Positions 47,988-57,055 of a stretch of 62,309 nucleotides of DNA are shown piece by piece (position 1 is the stretch's first letter; each line of letters opens with the position of its first letter). The notes beneath the pieces are model-generated. The model was not told the DNA's origin. It ran no database searches and saw only the letters and a list, made by a program, of their open reading frames with translations. This DNA comes from Candidatus Dormiibacterota bacterium (lineage in GTDB: Bacteria; Chloroflexota; Dormibacteria; Dormibacterales; Dormibacteraceae), in the NCBI GenBank assembly GCA_035259145.1, contig DATFWQ010000135.1:1-62309 (forward strand), in the 5' to 3' direction. The position numbers were made by a program, and so were the translations under genes.

Positions 47988-49612
47988 TGGCTGCCGAGCC
48001 CATACACGTAGAGGTCGACGACGAAGTCCCCGCGATCGTCGAGCGCATCCGCCGAAGCGCTGCCGACGAAATCCACCTCGTACTCCCACAGCACGCGCGC
48101 TTCGGCCAGAGCCGGTTCAACTTCCAGCTGCTGAAGCAGTACGCCATGCGACTCGGAAAGCGAGTGGCTATCGTGTCATCGGACCCCGGGGTGCAGCGGC
48201 TCGCCGAGGAGAGCGGCTTCGGTTCCTTCCGGCTGCCCGAGCAGGGATTTCCAGGCCGGCGTTTTCCGGTCGCGGGCCCTCCTGGAGCGACGAACGGTCC
48301 CCCTGGCGGCACTCGCTCCCGATGGGCGACGGCGAGCACGGGTGGTCCGGGCGCGACGCCGCAGGTCCCCGGCGGTCCAGGACCTGCCGGTGCCGGAGTT
48401 GCCGGCGTCGACCGGCTCGGGCGTCCGCTGCGGCCCGCTGTGCCCGGTGCCCGAATCCGGATCGGCTCACCGCAGCGGCTGCCGGCAAAGTTGACCGCGT
48501 TCCAGCCAGCGCGTTATGTGCTCTACGCCGCCGCCGCGGCGCTCCTCCTGGCGGGCATTCTGGCGACGGTCTTCTACGTGCCCTCGGCCAGGGTGACGCT
48601 GGTGGCGCAGGCGCAGTCCCTTTCGACGCCGGTGAACGTCGCCGCCGAGCCCGGGAAGCCACCGATCCATGTCCGGGTCGCAACCCTCACGAAGAAGGCG
48701 TCGGTCCAGGGCCAGGCGACGGGGGTCAAGACCACCGGGGGTCAGCTGGCAGTAGGCCAGTTCGTCTACATCAACGGCTGCCAATTCGATCTGCTGCTCC
48801 CGAGGGGCCAGCGGCTGGTCAGCGTCAGCGGGGTAAGGTTCGCGCAACTTGACGAAGTCCAGGTGCATGGTAACGGCGGGACCGCTGACGCGAGCATCAA
48901 GGCGGAGCAGCCCGGGCAAAGCGGGAACGTGGGCCCCGGGCAGATCACGGGAATCGACAAGAACCCCTACCCCTGCCTCGTCGGGTCCAACCCGGCACCT
49001 ACGACGGGCGGAACCGATGATCAGAAGCAGACCATCATCCAGACCTCCGACATCCAGAGCGCGAAGGCGAAGCTGGAGCAGGACCTCCGCCAGCCCGCAC
49101 TGGACGAGCTCACCCATGGTCAGCAGAAAGGCGAGAAGCTGGGCAACCAGCCATACTTCGCAGAGGAGTTCACGACGACGCACAACGTCGACGAGAACTA
49201 TCCGAACTTCACCGCAACGCTCACCCTGCAGGCTGAGGGGCACTACTACGTCACTGACGACGTCGACAGATACTTCGCGGACCAGCTGAAGAGCAAGGTG
49301 CCAGCCAGTCTGCAGCTCACCTCGAACCAGGTGACCCCGACCTACACCGTGTCGGAGACCGCGGGAGGCCACCTGGACTTTGCCGGCCAGGCCACGGGCT
49401 ACGTGGCACCGAGACTGGATACGGATAAGGTGAGCGGTCAGCTGGTTGGCAAGACGTCCTCCCAGGCCCAACAGCTGCTGACCAAGCTGCCGGTGCGCCG
49501 GGTGGACATCCAGCAGATGCCGCTGCCGCTGCCGCTGCTTCCTTTCTCCTCATCCCGCATCTACATCGACTACGTCATCGACCCGGCTGCCGCCGCGCCC
49601 AAGCCGGCGTGA
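47987..49612 (+). CDS. bitopic membrane protein: cytoplasmic N-domain, Pro/Gly-rich linker, one TM helix, large extracytoplasmic domain with baseplate-J-like motif
   Basis: ATG 47987 overlaps the upstream TGA by 1 nt. TM segment YVLYAAAAALLLAGILATVFYV. AEQPGQSGNVGPGQITGI resembles the GxxGNV..I motif of baseplate J/gp47 proteins (recalled, not searched). Confidence 0.55.
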   Translation: MAAEPIHVEVDDEVPAIVERIRRSAADEIHLVLPQHARFGQSRFNFQLLKQYAMRLGKRVAIVSSDPGVQRLAEESGFGSFRLPEQGFPGRRFPVAGPPGATNGPPGGTRSRWATASTGGPGATPQVPGGPGPAGAGVAGVDRLGRPLRPAVPGARIRIGSPQRLPAKLTAFQPARYVLYAAAAALLLAGILATVFYVPSARVTLVAQAQSLSTPVNVAAEPGKPPIHVRVATLTKKASVQGQATGVKTTGGQLAVGQFVYINGCQFDLLLPRGQRLVSVSGVRFAQLDEVQVHGNGGTADASIKAEQPGQSGNVGPGQITGIDKNPYPCLVGSNPAPTTGGTDDQKQTIIQTSDIQSAKAKLEQDLRQPALDELTHGQQKGEKLGNQPYFAEEFTTTHNVDENYPNFTATLTLQAEGHYYVTDDVDRYFADQLKSKVPASLQLTSNQVTPTYTVSETAGGHLDFAGQATGYVAPRLDTDKVSGQLVGKTSSQAQQLLTKLPVRRVDIQQMPLPLPLLPFSSSRIYIDYVIDPAAAAPKPA

Positions 49613-49618
49613 GGGACG

Positions 49619-50041
49619 GTGGGCCGGACTCTGGCTGTAGACCCTGGCAGCCGCCGCCTGGGCGTAGCGGTGAGCGACCCGACCGGCACCATCGCGCAGC
49701 CGCTGACGGTGGTCTCGGCCCAGCCGTCGAACACCCTGATTGAGCGCCTGGCCGCGCTGACCCGCGAGCAGGAGGCCACCGCTCTTGTGGTGGGCCTGCC
49801 GCGCCGGCTGGACGGGCGACTGGGTCCGGAGGCCGAGGCCGCGCGCAGGCTGGCGGACCAGTTGCGTAGGGCCACCGGTCTGAAGGTGACCATGGTGGAC
49901 GAGCGCCTCAGCAGCGCAGCGGCCGAGCGGGCGCTGCTGAGCACCGGCGCCAGCCGCGCGCGGCGGCGCCGGCTCTCCGACCAGGTGGCGGCGGCCCTGA
50001 TCCTGCAGTCGTTTCTTGACTCCGCAAAGCCCGGTGGCTGA
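49619..50041 (+). CDS. ruvX: Holliday junction resolvase-like protein RuvX (YqgF)
   Basis: LAVDPGSRRLGVAVSD N-terminus, VVGLPRRLDG, DERLSS motifs. Confidence 0.9.
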   Translation: MGRTLAVDPGSRRLGVAVSDPTGTIAQPLTVVSAQPSNTLIERLAALTREQEATALVVGLPRRLDGRLGPEAEAARRLADQLRRATGLKVTMVDERLSSAAAERALLSTGASRARRRRLSDQVAAALILQSFLDSAKPGG

Positions 50042-50267
50042 CGAGCTGAACCAACCACAGGAAGTGACGCTGATCGACGAGGCCGGCGCGGAGCGCCGGT
50101 TCCTCTTGCACGACGCGTTCGAGGCTGACGAAGGGACTTACTACCTCGTAGAGTCGGCAGACGATCCCGATGACGTGCTCCTGCTCAAGGAAGGCGGAGG
50201 GATCCTCGAGACCGTTGATCAGGAGGAGTTCGACAGAGTAATCGCGCTGCTCGAAGCGGAAGGATGA
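50034..50267 (+). CDS. DUF1292 family protein (YrzB-like)
   Basis: VTLIDEAGAERRFLLHDAFE...YYLV...DDVLLLK...EEFDRV pattern. Conserved slot between ruvX and mltG. Start is GTG 50034 or TTG 50016. Confidence 0.75.
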   Translation: MADELNQPQEVTLIDEAGAERRFLLHDAFEADEGTYYLVESADDPDDVLLLKEGGGILETVDQEEFDRVIALLEAEG

Positions 50268-50355
50268 CCCCGGTAACGGGGCCCTCGCCAGCGCGTTTGA
50301 CCTGTATCGCAGATTCTCGACCTGGCCGGCGGGGACGGGAATCTGGAGGGGGTAC

Positions 50356-51393
50356 TTGATGAAGAAGCTAGTGGTCCTGGTATTGCTGTTAGCCGGCTGC
50401 GGAGTGGCCGGCAATCGAGGTTACGACTGGGTGAACAGCCAGGTCTATGCGCCGATGTCGAGCCAGTCGCAGCCGGTCAGCTTCCACATCGATCCCGGCG
50501 AGAGCACCGACCGGATCGCCCAGGACCTCTACAACCACCGGCTCATCCATTCACCTGAGGTCTTCCTGGTCTGGCTGAAGTACCGCGATAGCAGCGCGCC
50601 GCTGCAAGCCGGCGACTTTGTCCTCAATCGGAATATGAACATGATCCAGGTCATCCACGCCTTGGGCCGGGCCCAGGTGGTGCAGGTTGCCGTGAGCCTG
50701 CCCGAGGGGTACACGATGCAGCTCATGGCACAGAGTGCCGAGAAAGCCCGGCTGGGCACGGCCAACGACTACCTGGCCGCCGCCCAGGACCTGAGCTGGG
50801 AGTACGACTTCCTGGCGGGCCGCCCAGCTGCCGCACCGAAGAACCTGGAGGGCTTCCTCTTTCCGGACAGCTACAAGCTGGACCAGGGCGCGTCGGCCCG
50901 CGACCTGGTGAAGCGTCAGCTCGAGCGGTTCGGCCAGGTGGTCACCCCGGACCTCCGCGCCTCGGCCGGCCAGGGATCGAACGCCCGCCCGGCCGAGTCG
51001 CTGTTCAACATCGTCACACTGGCATCCATGGTCGAGCGAGAGGTCAACCAGGACTCCGACCGCCCTGTGGTCTGTGAGGTCTACTACAACCGCCTCGCCA
51101 GGAACATGGCTCTCCAGGTCGACGCGACGGTGCTCTACGGCCTGGGCAAGTGGCAGAACACGGTCACCCAGGCTGATCTGACCGCGAACACGCCATACAA
51201 CACGTACCTGCACAAGGGCCTGCCTCCCGGCCCCATCTCGAATCCCGGCCTGGCCGCGATCAAGGCCTGCCTCAGCCCGCAGAAGAACGACTACCTCTTC
51301 TACTTCGCCGACACCAAGGGGGTGACCCATTACGCCCGCACGCAGGCCGAGTTCGACCAGCAGAAGCGGCAGTTCGGCGTCTCAGGCCAGTAG
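50356..51393 (+). CDS. mltG: endolytic murein transglycosylase MltG (YceG family)
   Basis: N-terminal TM segment, LPEGYT and ASMVEREV motifs, TPYNTYLHKGLPPGPISNPG. Confidence 0.9.
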   Translation: MMKKLVVLVLLLAGCGVAGNRGYDWVNSQVYAPMSSQSQPVSFHIDPGESTDRIAQDLYNHRLIHSPEVFLVWLKYRDSSAPLQAGDFVLNRNMNMIQVIHALGRAQVVQVAVSLPEGYTMQLMAQSAEKARLGTANDYLAAAQDLSWEYDFLAGRPAAAPKNLEGFLFPDSYKLDQGASARDLVKRQLERFGQVVTPDLRASAGQGSNARPAESLFNIVTLASMVEREVNQDSDRPVVCEVYYNRLARNMALQVDATVLYGLGKWQNTVTQADLTANTPYNTYLHKGLPPGPISNPGLAAIKACLSPQKNDYLFYFADTKGVTHYARTQAEFDQQKRQFGVSGQ

Positions 51394-51412
51394 CTCTCGT
51401 CCCGAGCATCGG

Positions 51413-52201
51413 GTGCTGCTGCTCGGGCACGGGATCGCGTACTCGGCAAGCCCGGCGATGCAGAACGCCGCCTTCCGGGCAGCCGGCCTCGACTGGTCGT
51501 ACGAGATCCTCGACGTGGCGTCCGATCACCTGCCGGCGGCGGTGGAGTCGCTGCGCGACCCGGTTGTGACCGGTGCCAATGTGAGCATCCCCCACAAGGT
51601 CGCGGTGATGCCACTGCTCGACGCGCTGGAAGGGGAGGCGACTTCAGCCGGGGCCGTTAACACGATCCGGTGCCAGGGCCGCCGTCTGATAGGTTCGAAC
51701 ACCGACATAACCGGTGTGCGGGTCGCGCTGGGCACTGTTGGCGTGGAGCCAGAGGGCGCCAGAGTCGTCGTGCTGGGGGTGGGCGGTTCGGCCCGAGCCG
51801 CGGCTGTCGCGCTGCGCGGTGCCGACGTGACCTTTGTAGCGAGGCGGCTGGAAGCCGGCGCCGGGCTTCCCGGCAGGGTGCTGGAGTGGGGTGACCCCGC
51901 GTGGCCGTCGCTCGTGCGCCACGCCGAGCTGCTCCTGAACGCGACGCCGCTCGGTAGACGGGGAGAGATGCCTCTGCGCCCGGCCTACCTGCCACCGCGG
52001 GGCGCAGTCATCGACCTCGTCTACGTGAGCGGCGGCACGCCGCTTGTCAGACGAGCTCGCCAGCTCGGGCTGCGCTGCGCTGACGGCTGGGCCGTGCTCC
52101 TGGCCCAGGGCGCAGCCGCCTTCCAGGCCTGGACGTCATTGCCGGCACCCGTCGACGCCATGCGCGCAGCCCTCCCAGAGCATGTGAATGGCTACACATG
52201 A
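51413..52201 (+). CDS. aroE: shikimate dehydrogenase
   Basis: SPAMQNAAF, GANVSIPHK, AVNTI, NTD and VLGVGGSARA motifs. Confidence 0.85.
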   Translation: MLLLGHGIAYSASPAMQNAAFRAAGLDWSYEILDVASDHLPAAVESLRDPVVTGANVSIPHKVAVMPLLDALEGEATSAGAVNTIRCQGRRLIGSNTDITGVRVALGTVGVEPEGARVVVLGVGGSARAAAVALRGADVTFVARRLEAGAGLPGRVLEWGDPAWPSLVRHAELLLNATPLGRRGEMPLRPAYLPPRGAVIDLVYVSGGTPLVRRARQLGLRCADGWAVLLAQGAAAFQAWTSLPAPVDAMRAALPEHVNGYT

Positions 52202-52264
52202 CGCCCACCCCTGGGGCGGGCGTGGTGCAAGCCCCGCACTGACCCACGCAGGACGCGCCTAGGG

Positions 52265-52909
52265 ATGTCGGGACTGGCTGTCTCAGCCGGCTGGGGGTTC
52301 GTGGGTCTGCTGGTCGGGGTCCTGGTCCGCGTGCTCTCTGTTCGGCTGGGCCATGGCGAGGGCCTCGAGGCTGGACACCGGCCCTGGCAGGTCTATGGTC
52401 CGGTGGCTGCGACGGCTGTTCTGTTCGCCATCTTCGGCTGGAGGATCGGAGCCGGCCCGGAGCTGTTGATCAGGAGCCTGTGGGTGGCGCTGCTGGTGCA
52501 GGTGATCTTCTTCGACCTCGAGCACCAGCTGATTCTCGACCGCGTGCTGTTGCCTGGCGCAGTGGCTGCGCTGATCCTCAGCTCGTTCACCCCCCACCTG
52601 GGACTGCTGGCTGCCGTCCTGACCGGAGTCGCGACAGGCGCCATTTTCCTGGCCATCGCAGCTCTGGGCTCTGCGGTCTTCAAGGCGGAGGCTATGGGAC
52701 TGGGCGATGTGAAGCTCAGCGTCTTCCTGGGCCTGATCCTGGGCCCTCAGCCGACCTTCGTCGCGGTCCTGCTCGGCCTGATCCTGGCAGGAGTGGTCGC
52801 CGGCGGCCTCGTCGTGCTGCGCCTGCGATCGATGCGGGATTCGATCCCATATGGTCCCTTCCTGGCAGCGGGCGCACTGGCCGCACTCTACTCGGTGTCC
52901 GGCCAGTAA
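52265..52909 (+). CDS. prepilin peptidase (A24 family, no N-terminal methyltransferase/Zn domain)
   Basis: Polytopic membrane protein with FFDLEHQLILD and GLGDVKL catalytic-Asp motifs, plus PYGPFLAAG. Confidence 0.8.
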   Translation: MSGLAVSAGWGFVGLLVGVLVRVLSVRLGHGEGLEAGHRPWQVYGPVAATAVLFAIFGWRIGAGPELLIRSLWVALLVQVIFFDLEHQLILDRVLLPGAVAALILSSFTPHLGLLAAVLTGVATGAIFLAIAALGSAVFKAEAMGLGDVKLSVFLGLILGPQPTFVAVLLGLILAGVVAGGLVVLRLRSMRDSIPYGPFLAAGALAALYSVSGQ

Positions 52910-52982
52910 AGTGTCGGATTCCGCAGTATCGACGATTACAATCGCCCACGGAATGCCGAAGAACCTGCTCGCGGGGGAGAGC

Positions 52983-53441
52983 ATGGTCATGCAACCCCTG
53001 CGCAAGCACTGGATCGTGCTGGTCAGCGGTTTGTGGCTTCCCACAGTGGTCGGGCTGGTCGTGCTCTTCATCGACGTTGCGCTCCAGATCCCCCAGATCA
53101 CGCAGGAGTTCCGGGTTCTGGTGACGGTGATCGTGCTGCTGATATGGGGCGCGTGGGCGACCGTCGTCTATCTGCAGTGGTCCTCAGCCGAGCTCACGGT
53201 GACGGACCAGCGTGTGATCCTTGAAGAGGGCATCTTCACCCGGAGCAGCAAAGTCATCCCGCTGGACCGGGTCCAGGACGTGAGCACGAAGCAGTCCCTT
53301 GTGGGCCGGATCCTGAAATATGGTCTTGTGGAGGTTGACGCCGCAGGTGCTCAGGGCGCCGAGAAGTTTGACTACTGCAGATCGCCCGAGCTGCTGCGTG
53401 ACCAGGTTTTCATCCTTTCAGAGCAGCTACGGCGGGGGTGA
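52983..53441 (+). CDS. membrane-anchored bacterial PH-domain protein (bPH_2 / YdbS-T-like)
   Basis: Two TM helices followed by LTVTDQRVILEEGIFTRSSKVIPLDRVQDV. Start is ambiguous (52851, 52953, 52983). Confidence 0.7.
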   Translation: MVMQPLRKHWIVLVSGLWLPTVVGLVVLFIDVALQIPQITQEFRVLVTVIVLLIWGAWATVVYLQWSSAELTVTDQRVILEEGIFTRSSKVIPLDRVQDVSTKQSLVGRILKYGLVEVDAAGAQGAEKFDYCRSPELLRDQVFILSEQLRRG

Positions 53442-53514
53442 CGACCAATCCGTATCGAGGACTCTCCTCTGCCACGTCGGGGGAGTACCGGACGAAGCCA
53501 CGGGAGGCGGTGAC

Positions 53515-54594
53515 CTGGCGCGAATAACCGTTGACGTCCCTGGCCGTCCCTATCCCGTCGTGATTGGCCGCGGAGCGCTCCAGGACCTGCCCCGGCTGGT
53601 CAAGGAGATGGGTGTGACGGCCGCTGCGGTGGTGACAGATCGAACGCTGGCCGGCCTGTGGGGCGGGGTCCTCCAGGATGGGCTGACCGGCTACGGGCTG
53701 ACGGCGTGGATCCACGCGGTCGAGCCTGGCGAGCGCGCCAAGAGCCTGACCGAGCTCGAGCGCGTGCTGAACTTCCTCGAGGCCTCGAGCATCGATCGCC
53801 GCGGTGTTGTCATCGCCCTCGGCGGCGGCACCGTCGGAGACCTGGCCGGGTTTGCGGCTGCGGTGTGGCTCAGGGGCATCCGCTGCGTGCAGGTGCCGAC
53901 GACCCTGCTGGCGATTGTCGACTCCAGCATCGGCGGCAAGACGGGCGTGAACCTGGGTCGAACCAAGAACGCCGTCGGCGCTTACTGGCAGCCGGCGCTG
54001 GTGGTCAGCGACCTCGCGCTGCTGGAGACGCTTCCGAATACCGACTACCTTGCCGCCTTCGGAGAGATCGTGAAGTATGCCGTCGCGATGGACTGCCGGT
54101 TGGCCGAATGGCTGGAGGCCGACGCTGAGTCCCTGCTGAACCGGTCGAGTGAGGCACTCGAGCCTGTCGTGGCGAGGTGTGTCGAGCTCAAGGCAAAGGT
54201 CGTGGCCGCCGATGAGAGGGAGGGGGGGTTGCGGGCGATACTCAATTACGGGCATACGGTTGGCCACGCGGTCGAGAGCGCCTCCGCCTACACGGCCGCG
54301 CATGGGAGGGCGGTTGCCCTGGGGATGGAGGCAGCCGCTCGGATCAGCCTGGAGATGGGCCTGTGCGACAGCGCCCTGGTCGGCAGGCAGGCCGCGATGA
54401 TGGATCGGTTCGGCCTGCCCGGCGAGCTGCCGCCGGTGACCTCCGAGGCGGTCCTGGCTGCAGTTCCGCGCGACAAGAAGAGCGTGGGTGGAAGAGTCCC
54501 TTGGGTGCTGCCCCGTGAGATGGGCAGGGCGCAGCTCGGGATCAAAGTGCCTGCCGAGACCCTGGCCAGGGTCGTTCGGGCTCTCCTACCTTGA
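53515..54594 (+). CDS. aroB: 3-dehydroquinate synthase; proposed CTG start (alternative GTG 53398)
   Basis: ITVDVPGRPYPVVIG, ALGGGTVGDLAGFAAA, VPTTLLA.VDSSIGGKTG and NYGHTVGHA motifs. GGGAGG lies 7 nt upstream of CTG 53515. Confidence 0.9.
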   Translation: MARITVDVPGRPYPVVIGRGALQDLPRLVKEMGVTAAAVVTDRTLAGLWGGVLQDGLTGYGLTAWIHAVEPGERAKSLTELERVLNFLEASSIDRRGVVIALGGGTVGDLAGFAAAVWLRGIRCVQVPTTLLAIVDSSIGGKTGVNLGRTKNAVGAYWQPALVVSDLALLETLPNTDYLAAFGEIVKYAVAMDCRLAEWLEADAESLLNRSSEALEPVVARCVELKAKVVAADEREGGLRAILNYGHTVGHAVESASAYTAAHGRAVALGMEAAARISLEMGLCDSALVGRQAAMMDRFGLPGELPPVTSEAVLAAVPRDKKSVGGRVPWVLPREMGRAQLGIKVPAETLARVVRALLP

Positions 54595-55040
54595 CCGGCC
54601 AGGTGAAGCGATATCTGATCGTCAACGGGCCCAACCTCAACCTCCTGGGCACGAGGGAGCCGCAGATTTACGGCACCATCACCCTCGACGAGATCGAGAC
54701 CCAGGTGCGCCGCCGTGCAGTCGAGATAGGCTGCGAGGTGGTCTGCTTTCAGTCCAACTCGGAAGGCGCCATCATCGACTTCCTGCAGCGGGAGGCGCCC
54801 GCCTCTTCAGGCATAGTTCTCAACCCAGGAGGCCTGACCCACTCCTCGTACGCGCTTTACGATTGTCTACGCGCGCTTGCGGTCCCGGTCGTCGAAGTGC
54901 ACCTGTCCAACCTCCACGCCCGAGCAGAGAGCTTTCGTACCCAGGATGTGACGGCACCGGCCGCGGTGGGCGTGATCCAGGGGCTGGGCCCGCGCGGCTA
55001 TCTCATGGCGATGGAGTACTTGGTTGATCGAGACGAATGA
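54591..55040 (+). CDS. aroQ: type II 3-dehydroquinate dehydratase
   Basis: LIVNGPNLNLLGTREPQIYG, NPGGLTHSSYAL and EVHLSN motifs. Confidence 0.95.
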   Translation: MTGQVKRYLIVNGPNLNLLGTREPQIYGTITLDEIETQVRRRAVEIGCEVVCFQSNSEGAIIDFLQREAPASSGIVLNPGGLTHSSYALYDCLRALAVPVVEVHLSNLHARAESFRTQDVTAPAAVGVIQGLGPRGYLMAMEYLVDRDE

Positions 55041-55587
55041 CTTCCGAGTCGGCAGCGTGTTCGAGATGGACGGCAAGCTGCTGAGCATCGTCAGCGTCGA
55101 GCACATCAAACTCGCCCGAGCCGGTGCGATCATCAAAGCGAAACTTCGCAATGTCCGCGACGGCTCGATCTTCGAACACAGCTTCCGCAGCGGCGAGAAG
55201 TTCAAGGCAGTGCGGATTGAGAAGTCAGAGGCCACTTACCTCTATGGCGAGGGAAACTTCCACCACTTCATGGACTCGACGACCTACGATCAGATCGCGC
55301 TCGATCGCTCGCAGGTTGCTGACGTGCTCCCGTTCCTCAAGGAGGGCAATCCCGTGAGCGTGCTCCGGTACGAGGACTCGGTGATCGGCGTCGAGCTGCC
55401 TGTGACTGTGGACCTCGCAGTAGCTGCGACCGAGCCCGGCGTGCGTGGTGACACCGTCTCCGGCGCCACCAAGCCTGCTCGGCTCGAGACCGGGGCCACC
55501 GCCCAGGTCCCACTCTTCATAAACGCGGGCGACAGGATACGGGTGGACACCCGCACCGGCAACTACGTCGAGCGGGTTTCGGGGTGA
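55024..55587 (+). CDS. efp: translation elongation factor P
   Basis: MIETNDFRVGSVFEMDGKL...KLARAGA...KLRN. Typical 187-aa length. Confidence 0.95.
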   Translation: MIETNDFRVGSVFEMDGKLLSIVSVEHIKLARAGAIIKAKLRNVRDGSIFEHSFRSGEKFKAVRIEKSEATYLYGEGNFHHFMDSTTYDQIALDRSQVADVLPFLKEGNPVSVLRYEDSVIGVELPVTVDLAVAATEPGVRGDTVSGATKPARLETGATAQVPLFINAGDRIRVDTRTGNYVERVSG

Positions 55588-55997
55588 AGCAGGCCACACT
55601 CACGTCAGCCGGCCGGCCTTCGAGCGCCGCCGCTAACATCGCATCGATGGAGCATGCTGCACCGGCCGGAAGTGTCCGAGTTGCCAACGAGGTCATTGCC
55701 AGCATTGCGGCGATGGCAGCGCGTGAGGTGGAGGGGGTGGAAGGGCTGGACGAGGCGAACGCCCGTCACTTCGGCGACTGGATCAAGCGTGAGACCGCAC
55801 ATCGCGGAGTACGTGTCGTCCTGGACGCCGAGCACAAGATCCACCTCGACGTATTCCTGACCGTCGACGCTGAGGCTGTCCTGCGCGACGTCGCCGAAAG
55901 GGTGCAGGACAACGTCATCGAAGCGGTCCAGCGGATGCTCGGCCTCGAGGTGGCGGAGGTCAACGTCTTCGTCTCCAGCATCGCGTTCGCCACATAG
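55584..55997 (+). CDS. Asp23/Gls24 family envelope stress protein
   Basis: VRVANEVIASIAAMAAREVEGV motif. Conserved slot upstream of nusB. Start is GTG 55584 (GTGA overlap with efp) or ATG 55647. Confidence 0.8.
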   Translation: MKQATLTSAGRPSSAAANIASMEHAAPAGSVRVANEVIASIAAMAAREVEGVEGLDEANARHFGDWIKRETAHRGVRVVLDAEHKIHLDVFLTVDAEAVLRDVAERVQDNVIEAVQRMLGLEVAEVNVFVSSIAFAT

Positions 55998-55999
55998 GG

Positions 56000-56443
56000 G
56001 TGCGGCCCAAGAGCACCCCCAAGCGCGTGCCGGGGGGACCGCGCCACCGTGCGAGGGAGCTGGCGCTGAAGGTCCTCTTCCAGCTGGAGCACAGCCCGGG
56101 TGACGACCCGATCGAGGCACTGGCTTACCAGGCGGCTGAGGAGCAGTCCACCCGCTCCGTCATGGAATTCGCCGAGGAGCTGGTTCGGGGCGTCACGGAG
56201 AACCGCTCTCAGCTGGACGGCGCCATCCAGGCGGCCTCCACCAACTGGAAGGTCGACCAGATGGGCCGCGTGGATCGGATCATCCTGCGAATGGCCGTGT
56301 ACGAGATCGCCGTAGCTCGCAAGATCCCGATCCGAGCCGCGATCAACGAGTCTATCGGGCTGGCCAAGACTTTCGGCGGCGAGGAGTCGAGCCGGTTCGT
56401 GAACGGCATCCTGGGCAAGGTCGCCGAAACCGTAGTGCCGTGA
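56000..56443 (+). CDS. nusB: transcription antitermination factor NusB
   Basis: RELALKVLFQ, RMAVYEI, INESIGLAKTFGGEESSRFVNGILG. Confidence 0.9.
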   Translation: MRPKSTPKRVPGGPRHRARELALKVLFQLEHSPGDDPIEALAYQAAEEQSTRSVMEFAEELVRGVTENRSQLDGAIQAASTNWKVDQMGRVDRIILRMAVYEIAVARKIPIRAAINESIGLAKTFGGEESSRFVNGILGKVAETVVP

Positions 56444-56637
56444 AGCCGGAGGGCTCGAAGCCACCGGGCCTGGACGCCCTCCTGGACCAGCTGGAGGTGC
56501 TGATCGGCCGGCTCGCCGATCCCAACGCCCCGCTCGACCGGCTCGTCGCGGACTTCGAAGATGCCGGCCGCCTCGTCGAGGCGGCGCAGGCCCAGCTGGC
56601 GGCAGCCACTGAGCGGGTGGCGCGGCAGGAGCGCTGA
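56440..56637 (+). CDS. xseB: exodeoxyribonuclease VII small subunit
   Basis: A 65-aa helical protein (LDALLDQLEVLIGRLADPNAPLDRLVADFEDAGRLVEAAQAQL). GTGA overlap with nusB. Confidence 0.8.
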   Translation: MKPEGSKPPGLDALLDQLEVLIGRLADPNAPLDRLVADFEDAGRLVEAAQAQLAAATERVARQER

Positions 56638-56638
56638 C

Positions 56639-57055
56639 GTGCGCTACATCCTGCCGCCCCTCGTGGCATGGGCGATCGCCCAGGTGATGAAGCTGACGCT
56701 GGCCTCGATCCGCGAGCGCCGCCTCGACCTGCGGGTGCTGGCTCAGCAGGGGGGCATGCCAAGCTCACACGCGGCGATCGTGTCTGGCCTGACGGCCGCG
56801 GTGGGCAGGATCGACGGCCTCCGCTCAGCCACGTTCGCGATCGCGCTTATCTTGTCGTTTGTGGTGATGTACGACGCTCAGGGCGTTCGTCGCGCAGCAG
56901 GCCGCCAGGCCGCGGTCCTTAACCGCCTGGTGGAGGACGTCTTCGCCATGCGTGGCATCCAGGAATACCGCGTACGCGAGCTTCTCGGCCACACACCGGT
57001 GGAGGTCCTGATCGGGGCCGGGCTGGGCGTCGCTGTGGGGCTGCTGCCGTTCTGA
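56639..57055 (+). CDS. divergent PAP2 family membrane protein (DUF212)
   Basis: GGMPSSHAAIVSGL motif and four hydrophobic segments. GTG 56639 lies just after the xseB stop. Confidence 0.75.
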   Translation: MRYILPPLVAWAIAQVMKLTLASIRERRLDLRVLAQQGGMPSSHAAIVSGLTAAVGRIDGLRSATFAIALILSFVVMYDAQGVRRAAGRQAAVLNRLVEDVFAMRGIQEYRVRELLGHTPVEVLIGAGLGVAVGLLPF

